In this document: positions 9,537 to 21,901 of the stretch, one piece after another
How positions within the stretch are numbered: the first letter of the stretch is position 1
Layout of the letters: each line of letters begins with the position of its first letter
NCBI GenBank assembly: GCA_037441425.1
Contig: JBBISF010000004.1
Location: forward strand, 10,215 to 74,214
Length of the DNA: 64,000 nucleotides
DNA from: Verrucomicrobiia bacterium
GTDB taxonomy: Bacteria > Verrucomicrobiota > Verrucomicrobiia > Palsa-1439
Direction: 5' to 3'
Notes under the pieces: model-generated
Databases searched by the model: none
What the model saw: the letters and a program-made list of their open reading frames with translations, nothing else
Told to the model about the DNA's origin: nothing
Program-made: the position numbers and the translations under genes

Positions 9537-10505
9537 TTGGTTGTGTTGTCGAGTGAGTTAAAAATTTTGTCGGGCAATGCCAATCGCCCGCTCGCGCAAC
9601 GGATCGCCGACTCGGTCGGCGTCCGGCTGGGCGATGCGACGGTGACGGCCTTTCCCGATCAGGAGACATTCGTCAAGATCAACGAGAACATCCGTGGACG
9701 CGACGTGTTCATCGTGCAACCGACGAGTCCGCCGGCGAATCAGCATTTGATGGAGTTGCTGATCCTGATTGATGCCTGCCGGCGGGCGAGCGCGAACCGG
9801 ATCACGGCGGTGGTGCCGTTCTTCGGGTACGCCCGGCAGGATCGCAAAGACCAGCCGCGCGTGCCGATCACGGCCAAGCTGGTGGCCAATCTGATGGTCG
9901 CGGCGGGGGCCAACCGGTTGTTGACGATGGACCTGCACGCGCAACAGATCATGGGGTTCTTCGACATTCCCGTGGATCATTTGTACGCGGCCCCGGTGAT
10001 TTACCGGTACTTCAAGGACAAGCACCTGTCGGATCTGGTGGTGGTGTCGCCGGACGTGGGCGGCGTGAAAATGGTCAACGCATACGCCAACATGTTTCAC
10101 GCGCCGCTGGCCATTATCGCCAAGAAACGCAAGTCGGCCGACGATGTGGAAGTGCTGAACGTGGTCGGCGACGTGCGCGGCAAGAATGTGTTGGTGGTGG
10201 ACGATTTGACGGAGACGGCGGGCACATTGACGCGCGGGGCGGAAGTGTTGAAGAAGAAGGGCGCCAAGAAGGTGTTCGCCGCGGTCAGCCACGCGGTCCT
10301 CGGCGCGGCGGCGATGGATCGGCTGAAAAGCTCGGCTTTGGAAGAGTTGGTTTGCACGGATTCGGTGTTGCACGGCAAGATGAGCCGGTTCAAACTGGTG
10401 GAGTTGTCCATCGCCTCCCTGTTGGGCGAGGCGATCCAGCGGATTCATAATTCCGAATCGGTTTCCTCGTTGTTCGACATCAACGGGGCGCGCCCGGAAA
10501 GCTGA
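9537..10505 (+). CDS. prs: Ribose-phosphate pyrophosphokinase
   Basis: LKILSGNANRPLAQRIA, PFFGYARQDRK and the PRPP-binding loop are present. Exact start uncertain (TTG at 9537 or GTG at 9543). Confidence 0.9.
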   Translation: MVVLSSELKILSGNANRPLAQRIADSVGVRLGDATVTAFPDQETFVKINENIRGRDVFIVQPTSPPANQHLMELLILIDACRRASANRITAVVPFFGYARQDRKDQPRVPITAKLVANLMVAAGANRLLTMDLHAQQIMGFFDIPVDHLYAAPVIYRYFKDKHLSDLVVVSPDVGGVKMVNAYANMFHAPLAIIAKKRKSADDVEVLNVVGDVRGKNVLVVDDLTETAGTLTRGAEVLKKKGAKKVFAAVSHAVLGAAAMDRLKSSALEELVCTDSVLHGKMSRFKLVELSIASLLGEAIQRIHNSESVSSLFDINGARPES

Positions 10506-10531
10506 ACGATTTTTTATTTGGAGAACAAATC

Positions 10532-11353
10532 ATGGCGAAGCAAATGAAGTTAAAAGCGAATCTGCGCACCGAGTCCGGCAAGTCGCTGGTCAAACGGCTG
10601 CGCGCCAGCGGCGTGGTGCCGGCGGTCATTTACGGCCCGCACACCCAACCGGTGAGTGTGGGCGTCGGCGCCACGGAACTGGAAGACCTGTTGCATCATG
10701 CCAGCAGCGAGAACGTGCTGGTGGATTTGCAAATTGAGGAAGCCGGCCAAACCAAGAACCGATTGGCGCTGATTCAGGAAGTGCAACATCACCCGGTGAC
10801 CGACGCCGTGCTGCATGTGGATTTCCATGAATTGTCGGCGACCGAAAAATTCCGCACCGTCGTTCCCGTGCGCGCGCTGGGGGAACCGGAAGGCGTCAAA
10901 ACGGGCGGCGGTGTGTTGGAGTACGTCATGCGCGAATTGCACGTCGAATGTCTGCCGAAAGATTTGCCGGACATGGTGGAAGTCAACGTCGAAGCCCTGC
11001 AAATTGGCCAGTCCATTCACGTCCGCGACGTGAAACCGCCGGCGGGCGTGACGTTCCTCGATGATGCCGATCAACCGGTGTTCATCGTTGTCGCGCCGGT
11101 GGTGGAAGAAGAAGCCCCGGCCGAGGGAGCCGAATTGGCCGAGCCGGAAGTCATTGGCGCGAAGAAGGAAGAAGGTGAGGAAGGCGCCGAGGCCGAAGGC
11201 AAGAAAGGCGAAGCGAAACCGGCGGCTGCGGCCGGCAAGGCCGAAGCCGGCAAGCCCGCGGCTGGCGCGAAAGCCGAAGCGAAACCGGCGGCTGGCAAGG
11301 CGGCGGCCCCGGCCAAGCCCGCGGGCGGCGGCAAGCCCGAGGCGAAGAAGTAA
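10532..11353 (+). CDS. rplY: 50S ribosomal protein L25 / general stress protein Ctc with A/K/P/E-rich C-terminal extension
   Basis: MAKQMKLKANLRTESGKS...VIYG L25 N-terminus. ATG preceded by GGAGAA. ~90-aa low-complexity tail. Confidence 0.85.
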   Translation: MAKQMKLKANLRTESGKSLVKRLRASGVVPAVIYGPHTQPVSVGVGATELEDLLHHASSENVLVDLQIEEAGQTKNRLALIQEVQHHPVTDAVLHVDFHELSATEKFRTVVPVRALGEPEGVKTGGGVLEYVMRELHVECLPKDLPDMVEVNVEALQIGQSIHVRDVKPPAGVTFLDDADQPVFIVVAPVVEEEAPAEGAELAEPEVIGAKKEEGEEGAEAEGKKGEAKPAAAAGKAEAGKPAAGAKAEAKPAAGKAAAPAKPAGGGKPEAKK

Positions 11354-11368
11354 CCGGGCCAGGTTGTC

Positions 11369-11968
11369 GTGCCGGTTTGTCCCCAGTTGGTTGTGGGTCT
11401 CGGCAATCCCGGTCGGGAGTACGCCGGGACGCGGCACAACATCGGGTTCGAGGTTGTGGACCGGTTGGCGGAGAAGAGCGGTTGTTCTTTCAAACGGAAG
11501 TTGCGGTTCGCCGCGGATGTGGCGGAAGTGATGCGCCCGGCGGGCAAGATCATGTTCGCCAAGCCGCGAACGTTTATGAACCGGAGCGGTACAGCCGTGG
11601 CGGCGCTGGCGAAGTGGTTGAAGATTGCGCCGTCGGCGGTGCTGGTCGTCGTGGACGACGCGGATTTGCCGGCGGGCGAAATCCGTTTGCGTACCAGCGG
11701 CGGGAGTGGCGGCCACAACGGCCTGCAATCGGTGATCGAAGCGTTCGGCAATAGCGAAGAGTTTGCGCGATTGCGGGTGGGCATCGGTCGGAGCGGTCCA
11801 GTGGGAGCGGATATTACGGGCCATGTGTTGAGCCGGTTCGGCGCAGCCGAGCGGCCGGTCGTGGATGAAGCGGTGAAAAATGCCGTTGCGGCCATTGAAT
11901 GTTGTGTGGAGAATGGCTTGACGGCAGCGATGAATCAATTTAATCGGAAGAAGGAGAACAAAGTTTGA
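11369..11968 (+). CDS. pth: Peptidyl-tRNA hydrolase
   Basis: VVGLGNPGREYAGTRHNIGF motif. Confidence 0.85.
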   Translation: MPVCPQLVVGLGNPGREYAGTRHNIGFEVVDRLAEKSGCSFKRKLRFAADVAEVMRPAGKIMFAKPRTFMNRSGTAVAALAKWLKIAPSAVLVVVDDADLPAGEIRLRTSGGSGGHNGLQSVIEAFGNSEEFARLRVGIGRSGPVGADITGHVLSRFGAAERPVVDEAVKNAVAAIECCVENGLTAAMNQFNRKKENKV

Positions 11969-12321
11969 ACAAGTACGAAGGACTATTTATTTTGGACGGT
12001 ACGGCGTCGGAAGACGCGACCAAGGCGACAATCGACAAGATTCAGGCGGCGATCAAGCAGGCCAGCGGCACGGTGACCAACGTGCAGAAGATGGATCAAC
12101 GGCCGTTTGCCCGCTCCAGCGGCGGCCGGGACACCGGTTACTATGTGAACTTCATCTTCTCGTCGCCGGCCAAAACGATCGCGGAGCTGGACGCGAAGTT
12201 CCATTTGGAGACGGATCTCGTGCGGTGGCAGTTCACCAAGCACGAGGAAGTGGACGAGGAAATCGAAAAGAAGAGGCGCATCCGCCGGAAGAAAGCCGAA
12301 GAGGCCGCAGCCAAAGCATAG
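11965..12321 (+). CDS. rpsF: 30S ribosomal protein S6
   Basis: TTG start after AAGGAG. MNKYEGLFILDG. 4-nt overlap with pth. Confidence 0.85.
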   Translation: MNKYEGLFILDGTASEDATKATIDKIQAAIKQASGTVTNVQKMDQRPFARSSGGRDTGYYVNFIFSSPAKTIAELDAKFHLETDLVRWQFTKHEEVDEEIEKKRRIRRKKAEEAAAKA

Positions 12322-12327
12322 GCGCGC

Positions 12328-12804
12328 ATGGCGAATTTTAACAAAGTTTTGTTGATGGGTAATCTGACGCGCGACCCCGAGGTCCGCTACACGCCGAAGG
12401 GCACCGCGATCGCCACGATCACGTTGGCGGTCAACCGCGCGTGGAGCAGCGAGAGCGGTGAGAAGAAGGAAGAAGTGACGTTTGTGGACGTGGACGTGTG
12501 GGGGCGGCAGGCGGAGACCATTGGGCAGTACATGGCCAAAGGCCGTCCGTTGTTCATCGAGGGCCGGTTGAAATTGGATCAGTGGGATGACAAGGAAACC
12601 GGACAGAAACGCAGCCGGCTGAAGGTGGTTTGCGAGAACTTTCAGTTCATCGGCGCACCCAAGGGCGGCGGCGGCAGCAAAGAGGAGTTCAGCGACCAGC
12701 CGCCCGGCAAGCCTCAACGCGCGGCCCGTCCGGCCGCACCAGCCCCCGCGGCTGAACCGACGGATGACGCGCCGGCCGAGGGCGAAGACAACATTCCCTT
12801 TTAA
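12328..12804 (+). CDS. ssb: Single-stranded DNA-binding protein
   Basis: OB-fold N-terminus, Gly/Pro-rich linker, acidic C-terminal tip EDNIPF. Confidence 0.9.
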   Translation: MANFNKVLLMGNLTRDPEVRYTPKGTAIATITLAVNRAWSSESGEKKEEVTFVDVDVWGRQAETIGQYMAKGRPLFIEGRLKLDQWDDKETGQKRSRLKVVCENFQFIGAPKGGGGSKEEFSDQPPGKPQRAARPAAPAPAAEPTDDAPAEGEDNIPF

Positions 12805-12828
12805 CGCAGGAAGGAAACGATAAGAATT

Positions 12829-13086
12829 ATGCCGAGAAGGAATTCACCAAGTTCGACACGCGAACCCGGGATGCGCCGCAGCCGGCACGACGTGATCGTG
12901 AAGCGGGACTGCAAATTGTGCAAGGACGACATCGTCATTGATTACAAGCAGGCCGATTTGTTGAAAAAATTCATGACCGAGCGCGGCAAGATTCTGCCGC
13001 GGCGGATTTCGGGCAATTGCGCCTGGCATCAACGCGAACTGACCCGGGCGATCAAGCGCGCACGGGTGATGTTGCTGGTGCGGTAG
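12829..13086 (+). CDS. rpsR: 30S ribosomal protein S18
   Basis: Conserved S18 core [25 protein letters not shown]. Confidence 0.85.
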   Translation: MPRRNSPSSTREPGMRRSRHDVIVKRDCKLCKDDIVIDYKQADLLKKFMTERGKILPRRISGNCAWHQRELTRAIKRARVMLLVR

Positions 13087-13102
13087 CGACGAGGAACGAT
13101 TT

Positions 13103-13657
13103 ATGGCAACTGAAGTGATTTTAACGGGCGAGGTCGAGAACCTCGGCGGACAGGGCGAGGCGGTTAAAGTGGCGGACGGCTACGCGCGGAATTTTCTGTT
13201 GCCGCGCGGCCTGGCGATCTTGGCGACGCCCGGCAACCTGAAGCGGATTGAGGCGTTGCGCAAGAGGCGCGAAGCGGAACTGGCGGCCAAACGCGAGGAG
13301 GCCCAGAAGTTGGCCGAGAAACTCGCGAAGATCGTTTGCACGATCAGCGTGCCAGTGGGCGCGGACGGCAAGTTGTTTGGCGCCGTGACCACGGCGGACA
13401 TTGCCGTGCAATTGAAGGCGCAAGGTGTGGAAGTGGATCGCAAGAAGGTGGTCTTGGAGCATCCGTTGCGGCAGATTGGTGAAACGGAAGTTGAAGTGAG
13501 GCTGCAACCGGAAGTGGTCGCCAAGATCAAGGTCAACGTGGTGGCCGGTGCGGCGGATACCAAGGCGCACACCGCAGCCCCGGCCGAAGCGGCCACCGCG
13601 CCGACGCGCCCGGCGACGCGGAAACCAAAGGACAAGGACAAAGCCAAAGCGAAGTAA
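13103..13657 (+). CDS. rplI: 50S ribosomal protein L9 with Ala/Pro/Lys-rich C-terminal extension
   Basis: MATEVILTGEVENLGGQGEAVKVADGYARNFLLPRGLA. Tail ...PATRKPKDKDKAKAK. Confidence 0.85.
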   Translation: MATEVILTGEVENLGGQGEAVKVADGYARNFLLPRGLAILATPGNLKRIEALRKRREAELAAKREEAQKLAEKLAKIVCTISVPVGADGKLFGAVTTADIAVQLKAQGVEVDRKKVVLEHPLRQIGETEVEVRLQPEVVAKIKVNVVAGAADTKAHTAAPAEAATAPTRPATRKPKDKDKAKAK

Positions 13658-13664
13658 ACGTTAA

Positions 13665-15179
13665 ATGGTGGGGAACGCAGTGCCAGCAACCAATTCTGTA
13701 CCGGTGGAAAACAGCATCCCGTCTAACGGCGGGAGCGTGCCCCGGACAGCCCGACGGTTGGGCGGGCCGGCCCGGCCGGGCGCGGCCCCGACGGCGTTGG
13801 CGATTGAGCGGATGTTGCCCAACAGTCTGGAAGCGGAGATCGCCGTGTTGGGAGCGATGCTGGTCAGTCCGCAGGAAATCGGGTCCCTCGTCCGCGAACG
13901 GCTCACCGACGAGCATTTTTACCACGCCAAGCATCAGGCCATTTTCCGCGAGATGTGCGGGATGCAGGACAAGTTGCACACGGTGGACTTGGTGACGTTG
14001 ACGCAGCGGCTGGCGGACAAGAACCTTCTCGAAGAAATCGGCGGCGGCGCCTATCTTTCGCAACTGATGATGAGCGTGCCGACGACGGCGCACACCGAGC
14101 ACTACGTTGAGATTCTCACGGACAAGTATCTGCTGCGCCGGTTGATTGGGACGGCGACGGACATTGTCGGGCGGGCGTTTGAAGATCAGGAAGACGTCCG
14201 GGAGTGGCTGGCCGAAGTCGAACAGCAAGTGTTCGATATTTCCGCCGAAAAGGCGGCGACGGGCGCGCGGGTCGTGAAAGACCTGATCAAGGACGCGATG
14301 GCCAGCATCGAGAAGTTGTACGACAACCGCGGGGCGCTGTCCGGGTTGGCCACGGGTTTCCGGGATTTGGATCGCATCACGTCGGGATTGCATCCGGCCA
14401 ACATGATCGTCATTGCGGCCCGGCCGTCGATGGGCAAGACGTCGTTGGCGATGAACATCGCGGAGAACGTGGCGATTGATCAGGGTAAGGCGGTGGGGGT
14501 GTTCAGTCTGGAAATGTCCGCGGAAGAACTCGTGAAACGAATGCTCTGCTCGCGGGCGAAGGTGAATCTCCGGTCGGTGAGCGACGGATTTTTGGGCGAG
14601 AAGGATTTTCATCCATTGACGGCGGCCGCGAGCCAGTTGATGAAAGCACCGCTCTACATTGACGATGTGGCCGGGTTGACGATTCAGCAGGTGCGCGCCC
14701 GGGCGCGGCGGATGAAACTGCAATACGGCATTCAGTTGGTGGTGATTGATTACTTGCAGTTGATGCGCGCGCCCTCCCGGCGGGCGGATCTGAGCCGGCA
14801 GGTGGAGATTTCCGATATTTCGTCCGGCATCAAGGGCTTGGCGAAAGAGTTGCAGATTCCGGTCATCGTGCTGAGCCAGTTGAACCGGCAGCCCGAGCAG
14901 CGCGAGGGTGGCAAACCGAAGTTGTCCGACCTCCGCGAGTCCGGCGCAATTGAGCAGGACGCCGATGTGGTGGGATTGCTCGTTCGCCCGGAGGTTTACG
15001 CGGACGAGGGCGACGAACGCGCGGCGGAGCGCGGCAAGGCCACGCTGATCATCGCGAAGCAACGCAATGGTCCAACGGGCGAAGTGCCGCTGACCTTTTT
15101 GCACGAATACACCAAGTTTGAAGACGCCGCCCGTGTCGAGGCGGGAGATGTTCCCGATTTTGAAGGGAGCGAGGCATGA
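13665..15179 (+). CDS. dnaB: Replicative DNA helicase DnaB
   Basis: LPNSLEAEIAVLGAML N-domain, Walker A AARPSMGKT, LQLM, QLNR motifs. The true start may be the ATG at 13812, which removes a 49-aa Pro/Ala-rich leader. Confidence 0.9.
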   Translation: MVGNAVPATNSVPVENSIPSNGGSVPRTARRLGGPARPGAAPTALAIERMLPNSLEAEIAVLGAMLVSPQEIGSLVRERLTDEHFYHAKHQAIFREMCGMQDKLHTVDLVTLTQRLADKNLLEEIGGGAYLSQLMMSVPTTAHTEHYVEILTDKYLLRRLIGTATDIVGRAFEDQEDVREWLAEVEQQVFDISAEKAATGARVVKDLIKDAMASIEKLYDNRGALSGLATGFRDLDRITSGLHPANMIVIAARPSMGKTSLAMNIAENVAIDQGKAVGVFSLEMSAEELVKRMLCSRAKVNLRSVSDGFLGEKDFHPLTAAASQLMKAPLYIDDVAGLTIQQVRARARRMKLQYGIQLVVIDYLQLMRAPSRRADLSRQVEISDISSGIKGLAKELQIPVIVLSQLNRQPEQREGGKPKLSDLRESGAIEQDADVVGLLVRPEVYADEGDERAAERGKATLIIAKQRNGPTGEVPLTFLHEYTKFEDAARVEAGDVPDFEGSEA

Positions 15180-17521
15180 GCGGCTGGCGGCGGATTGCCG
15201 GGCTGATCTGGTTGTTTCTATTACCTTGTGGGCTTTGGGCGCAGGACACCGCGCCCATCGTGCGCGAGATCGAGGTGCGTTTCGATGGACCGGCCACGGT
15301 AAACAAGGCCGTGGTGCTGGCCAACATTCAAACGGCTGTCGGTCGCCCCATCTCCGAGCAATTGATTCAGCAGGACGTGCGCGACCTGATTAATACCGGG
15401 TACTTCTTTGATGTGCGGGTGTCGCGGGAGACGGTGGCGAATGGGGTGAGCGTCATTTACGAAGTGACCGGCAAGGCGACGATCAAAGAGATGATCATCG
15501 AAGGGAACCAATACTTCAAGCAGGTGCGCGTGCAACGCGATCTGAAGCAGAAGGTTGGTGATATTTACGACGAGCGCAAGGCGCATGATGACGCCCAGAA
15601 GCTGGTCGAAACCTATCAAAAAGCGGGGTTCATGGATGCGAAAGTCGAGCCCGAAGCCAGCATTGATCGGGATACCGGCAAGGCGATTGTGCGGTTCAAG
15701 ATCACCGAAGGCCCGCGGGTGTTTCTCAAGCGGATTGTCTTCGACGGCGTGAAGGCGGTGCCGGTGAAGAAGCTGCTCAAGTTGATGAAGACCCGGCATC
15801 GATGGTGGGGTTCCTGGATGGCCGGCACCGGGGTGATCAAGAACGAGCAGTTGCAGGAGGATTTGGATTCGCTGCGGGATTACTACCGGTCGCAGGGGTA
15901 TCTGGACATGGCGATCAAGGGGACGCACATTGAGCGCGTCACGCCGAAGTGGATGATTCTGCACGTCTCCGTTTTTGAGGGGGTGCAGTATCGGGTTGGC
16001 ACGGTCACGATTGAAGGAAACAAACTGTTTCCGACGACGAGCCTGGAAAAACAGTTGAAGATGACGCACGATCACATCCTCACGCCGGCCGGGATGGAAG
16101 CGGACACGAAGGCGCTGCAGGATTACTACGGTGGCCGCGGCTACATTGACACCACAGTGCGGACCACGCGCACACCAAGCACGGAAGCCGGGCACATTGA
16201 TTTGACGTACTCCATTCACGAAGGCGAGTTGACGTACATTGAGAAGATTCAGATTCGGGGGAACACGAAGACCAAAGACAAGGTCATCCGCCGCGAGTTG
16301 GCGGTCGTGCCGGGACAGGTGTTCGACATGGTGCGCGTCGATAAAAGCGCGGAGCGGCTGCGGAATCTGGGGTACTTCTCCAAGGTGGAGACGACGCCGT
16401 ATCCCACGGACGTGCCGAACCGGAAAGATCTGGTGGTGACGGTGGAGGAGCAACGCACCGGCAGTGTCACGTTTGGCGCGGGCTTTAGCTCGGTGGACAG
16501 TTTGGTCGGGTTTGTCGAGGTCACGCAGGGCAACTTCGATCTGTTCAACTGGCCGAATTTCACCGGTGGCGGTCAGAAGCTGCGCATTCGCACACAGGTC
16601 GGGTTCAAACGGCAGGACTATATCCTGTCGTATACCGAGCCGTGGTTTATGGACCAGAAGTTGGCCTTGGGCGTGGATTTGTTCCATAACACCAGCAGCT
16701 ACTACAGCACCAAGTACAAAGAGCAACGTACGGGTGGCGATCTCCGCCTGGAAAAAGCATTGAGCGAATTCCTGCGGGGACAGGTCGAATACAGCATCCA
16801 GGATATTGGAGTGAACGTGGACAAGACAGCCTCGACCCAGTTGCGTATGGAAAACGGTTCGAAGATCCGCAGCGCTGTGGAAGTCAGTCTGACCTACGAC
16901 ACGCGCGACAGTGTGTTTCTGACAACGCGGGGCAACCGCACGGAACTGAGCGCGGAAGTGGCCGGCGGCGCTTTCGGCGGCGATGTGTCGGTGTATAAGC
17001 TCAATGCCAAGACGTCGTTCTTCTTCCCGCTGTTCAATGGGCACGTTCTGCAATTAATGGGCGCCACCGGTGTCGCCGAAGCCTATGGCGCCTCCAGCGT
17101 CGGCGATCAGCTGATCGTTGAACAAACCGACCTCTCCGTTTTTAAGCCGAACGGGGTGCCGATCTTTGACCGGTATTTCTTGGGCGGTCCGAACAGTCTG
17201 CGCGGGTTCGGTTACCAGGACGTCAGTCCGAAAGACGTCGATGGCGAATCGGTGGGGGGCAACACCTACGCCAACGGTACGGCGGAATACACGTTCCCGA
17301 TTGTGGAACGCATCCGGGGCGCGCTGTTTTTTGATGCGGGCAATGTGTGGCGGGATTCCTACCAATATGGACTGAAGGGTTTGAAGGCCGACGTTGGCAT
17401 CGGCGTCCGTTTAAACTTGCCGATTGGGCCGTTGCGATTGGATTATGGCTATCCGATTATGACGGATAAGACTTCCGGCCATAGCGGAAAAATTCAGTTT
17501 AGCGTTGGCTACCAGTTCTGA
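15176..17521 (+). CDS. bamA: Outer membrane protein assembly factor BamA
   Basis: Signal peptide, POTRA repeats, C-terminal beta-barrel ending ...GYQF. ATGA overlap with the dnaB stop. Confidence 0.9.
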   Translation: MSGWRRIAGLIWLFLLPCGLWAQDTAPIVREIEVRFDGPATVNKAVVLANIQTAVGRPISEQLIQQDVRDLINTGYFFDVRVSRETVANGVSVIYEVTGKATIKEMIIEGNQYFKQVRVQRDLKQKVGDIYDERKAHDDAQKLVETYQKAGFMDAKVEPEASIDRDTGKAIVRFKITEGPRVFLKRIVFDGVKAVPVKKLLKLMKTRHRWWGSWMAGTGVIKNEQLQEDLDSLRDYYRSQGYLDMAIKGTHIERVTPKWMILHVSVFEGVQYRVGTVTIEGNKLFPTTSLEKQLKMTHDHILTPAGMEADTKALQDYYGGRGYIDTTVRTTRTPSTEAGHIDLTYSIHEGELTYIEKIQIRGNTKTKDKVIRRELAVVPGQVFDMVRVDKSAERLRNLGYFSKVETTPYPTDVPNRKDLVVTVEEQRTGSVTFGAGFSSVDSLVGFVEVTQGNFDLFNWPNFTGGGQKLRIRTQVGFKRQDYILSYTEPWFMDQKLALGVDLFHNTSSYYSTKYKEQRTGGDLRLEKALSEFLRGQVEYSIQDIGVNVDKTASTQLRMENGSKIRSAVEVSLTYDTRDSVFLTTRGNRTELSAEVAGGAFGGDVSVYKLNAKTSFFFPLFNGHVLQLMGATGVAEAYGASSVGDQLIVEQTDLSVFKPNGVPIFDRYFLGGPNSLRGFGYQDVSPKDVDGESVGGNTYANGTAEYTFPIVERIRGALFFDAGNVWRDSYQYGLKGLKADVGIGVRLNLPIGPLRLDYGYPIMTDKTSGHSGKIQFSVGYQF

Positions 17522-17588
17522 TATAGTCAGCTATTAACAAGCGAAGACCAGAAACAAAGACCGAAACAAACACAAGGACATAACACTC

Positions 17589-18218
17589 ATGAATCGAACA
17601 AAACTCTATCTGAGCCTGATTGCCGGCATGGCGGGCCTCGTCGCGAGCAGCTTCGCCCAAACCGGTCGCATCGTCACGGCGGACATGCAAAAGATTTTTG
17701 ACACCTACTACAAGACGCCCATCGCCCGCGGTAAACTGGAAGAAACGCGCGACAGCTTCACCAAGGAGTTGCAGACCAAGCAGGACGCGCTGAAGAAGGC
17801 CGTGGACGAACTCAACAAGCTCAAGGAAGAACAGGATCGTCCCGAGTACACTCCCGAGGTGCGGGAACAGAAGAAAAAAGCCCTCAACGAGAAGCTGGCC
17901 GACTTGAACAACATGCAGCGTGACATGCAGGAGTACCAACGCAGCCACCAGCGCATCCTGGAAGAACAGAGCCTCCGCATGCGCCAAAGCATCCTCAAGG
18001 AAATTACCGACGTTGTCACCAAAGAAGCCAAGGATGCCGGCTACATGCTCGTGCTGGATAAATCCGGCAACACGTTGAACGGTCTGCCCAGTGTGGTCTA
18101 TTCCCAGGAACCGATGGACATCACGGCGGACATCATCAAGATTCTGAACAAGGACGCCCCGGCCACCCCAGCGGCCACGCCCGCTCCGGCTGCGCCCAAG
18201 CCTGAAGAAAAGAAATAA
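17589..18218 (+). CDS. skp: OmpH/Skp periplasmic chaperone
   Basis: Signal peptide, coiled-coil Lys/Glu-rich body. Sits in the usual bamA-skp-lpxD position. Confidence 0.8.
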   Translation: MNRTKLYLSLIAGMAGLVASSFAQTGRIVTADMQKIFDTYYKTPIARGKLEETRDSFTKELQTKQDALKKAVDELNKLKEEQDRPEYTPEVREQKKKALNEKLADLNNMQRDMQEYQRSHQRILEEQSLRMRQSILKEITDVVTKEAKDAGYMLVLDKSGNTLNGLPSVVYSQEPMDITADIIKILNKDAPATPAATPAPAAPKPEEKK

Positions 18219-18224
18219 GCGAGT

Positions 18225-19175
18225 GTGTCGCTTACTGCCCGTGACATTGCGGAGTTAATCGGCGGCCAACTCACCGGCAATCCCGGTGAGTTGGTTACCG
18301 GTGTCGCGGGAATTCGCGAAGCGCAGGCCGGCGATGTTACCTTCGTCGCCCAGCCCAAGTACTACCCGGCCGTACAAACGACGCGCGCGTCGGTGATCTT
18401 GGTTCCACTGGATGCCGCGCTGGAATCCCCGCAGACGCTCATCCGTGTGGAAAACCCCTCGGCGGCCTTCACCAAAGTTGTGGAACGCATCGTTCCGCCG
18501 CCAATCAAGTTTGCCCCCGGTATTCATCCGACGGCGGTGGTGGAAGCCGATGTTATTATCGGCGAGCGCACGCACATCGGTGCCGGTAGTTACATCGGGC
18601 ATGGCTGCCGGATCGGTAGCGACTGTCTGATCTATCCGCATGTCACGTTGCGGGAGCGCACGCAGGTGGGCGACCGGGTCATCTTGCATCCCGGCGTCGT
18701 GCTTGGCGCGGACGGTTTTGGTTTTGAAACCATCCGGGGTGAACATCAAAAAATTCCTCAAGTCGGCTTCGTGGCGATTGGCGATGACGTCGAGATTGGC
18801 GCCAACACCACCATTGATCGGGGTCGGTTTGGCAAGACCCGGATCGATCGGGGCACCAAGATCGACAACCTCGTGCAGATCGGCCACAACTGCGTCATCG
18901 GTGAACGCTGCGTGATCTGCGCGGGCACCGGCATCGCCGGCAGCGTCATCATCGGCAAGAACGTCACCATTGCCGGGCAAGTTGGCATCGCCGGCCACCT
19001 CACCATCGGCGATGGCGCGGTGCTCGGCGCGCAATGCGGCGTGGCGCAAGATGTTCCCGCCGGTGCCGTCGTTCTCGGCGCGCCGGCCGTGGATCACCGG
19101 CAATTCAAACGCGCCCACGTGGCCCTGCAACGCTTGCCGGACCTCCTTCCCAAACTGCGTAAACTGGACAAGTAG
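18225..19175 (+). CDS. lpxD: UDP-3-O-acylglucosamine N-acyltransferase
   Basis: N-terminal LpxD domain plus left-handed beta-helix hexapeptide repeats. Confidence 0.9.
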   Translation: MSLTARDIAELIGGQLTGNPGELVTGVAGIREAQAGDVTFVAQPKYYPAVQTTRASVILVPLDAALESPQTLIRVENPSAAFTKVVERIVPPPIKFAPGIHPTAVVEADVIIGERTHIGAGSYIGHGCRIGSDCLIYPHVTLRERTQVGDRVILHPGVVLGADGFGFETIRGEHQKIPQVGFVAIGDDVEIGANTTIDRGRFGKTRIDRGTKIDNLVQIGHNCVIGERCVICAGTGIAGSVIIGKNVTIAGQVGIAGHLTIGDGAVLGAQCGVAQDVPAGAVVLGAPAVDHRQFKRAHVALQRLPDLLPKLRKLDK

Positions 19176-19270
19176 CCGGTTGCGCCGCGCTGACCCACTG
19201 ACGTTGGTTTGTCACACTGCCGGCCAGGCAAGCTGACTCACTCTGTCGAATTTCGGCGGTTTTTGTCGTG

Positions 19271-19286
19271 CGGCACCGGTGGTGCT
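19271..19286 (+). promoter_or_regulatory. Possible sigma-54 -24/-12 element (cGGCAC-N5-gGTGCT) ~17 nt upstream of the clpB ATG
   Basis: GG-N10-GC spacing satisfied, 5/6 match at -24, partial match at -12. A TSS about 12 nt downstream of the -12 GC would leave a leader of only ~5-8 nt. Confidence 0.2.
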
Positions 19287-19302
19287 AAAGTAACGGAGAG
19301 TT

Positions 19303-21870
<2,568 letters not shown>

Positions 21871-21901
21871 ATAAGCGTTGTCGGGTCTGCGATCCCGCGC
21901 C

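Noticed and set aside
9537-9570. Leader peptide or attenuator upstream of prs
   Set aside because: The hairpin at 9468-9510 is better explained as the terminator of the upstream gene. No leader ORF with regulatory codons was seen.
13533-15104. 523-aa minus-strand ORF
   Set aside because: Antisense to dnaB.
15221-17053. 610-aa minus-strand ORF
   Set aside because: Entirely antisense to bamA, whose identity is unambiguous. Long open antisense frames are expected at this GC content.
19176-19302. CIRCE / sigma-32 heat-shock promoter upstream of clpB
   Set aside because: No TTAGCACTC-N9-GAGTGCTAA inverted repeat and no CTTGAA/CCCCAT pair found. Only the weak sigma-54-like match was kept, as a low-confidence finding.
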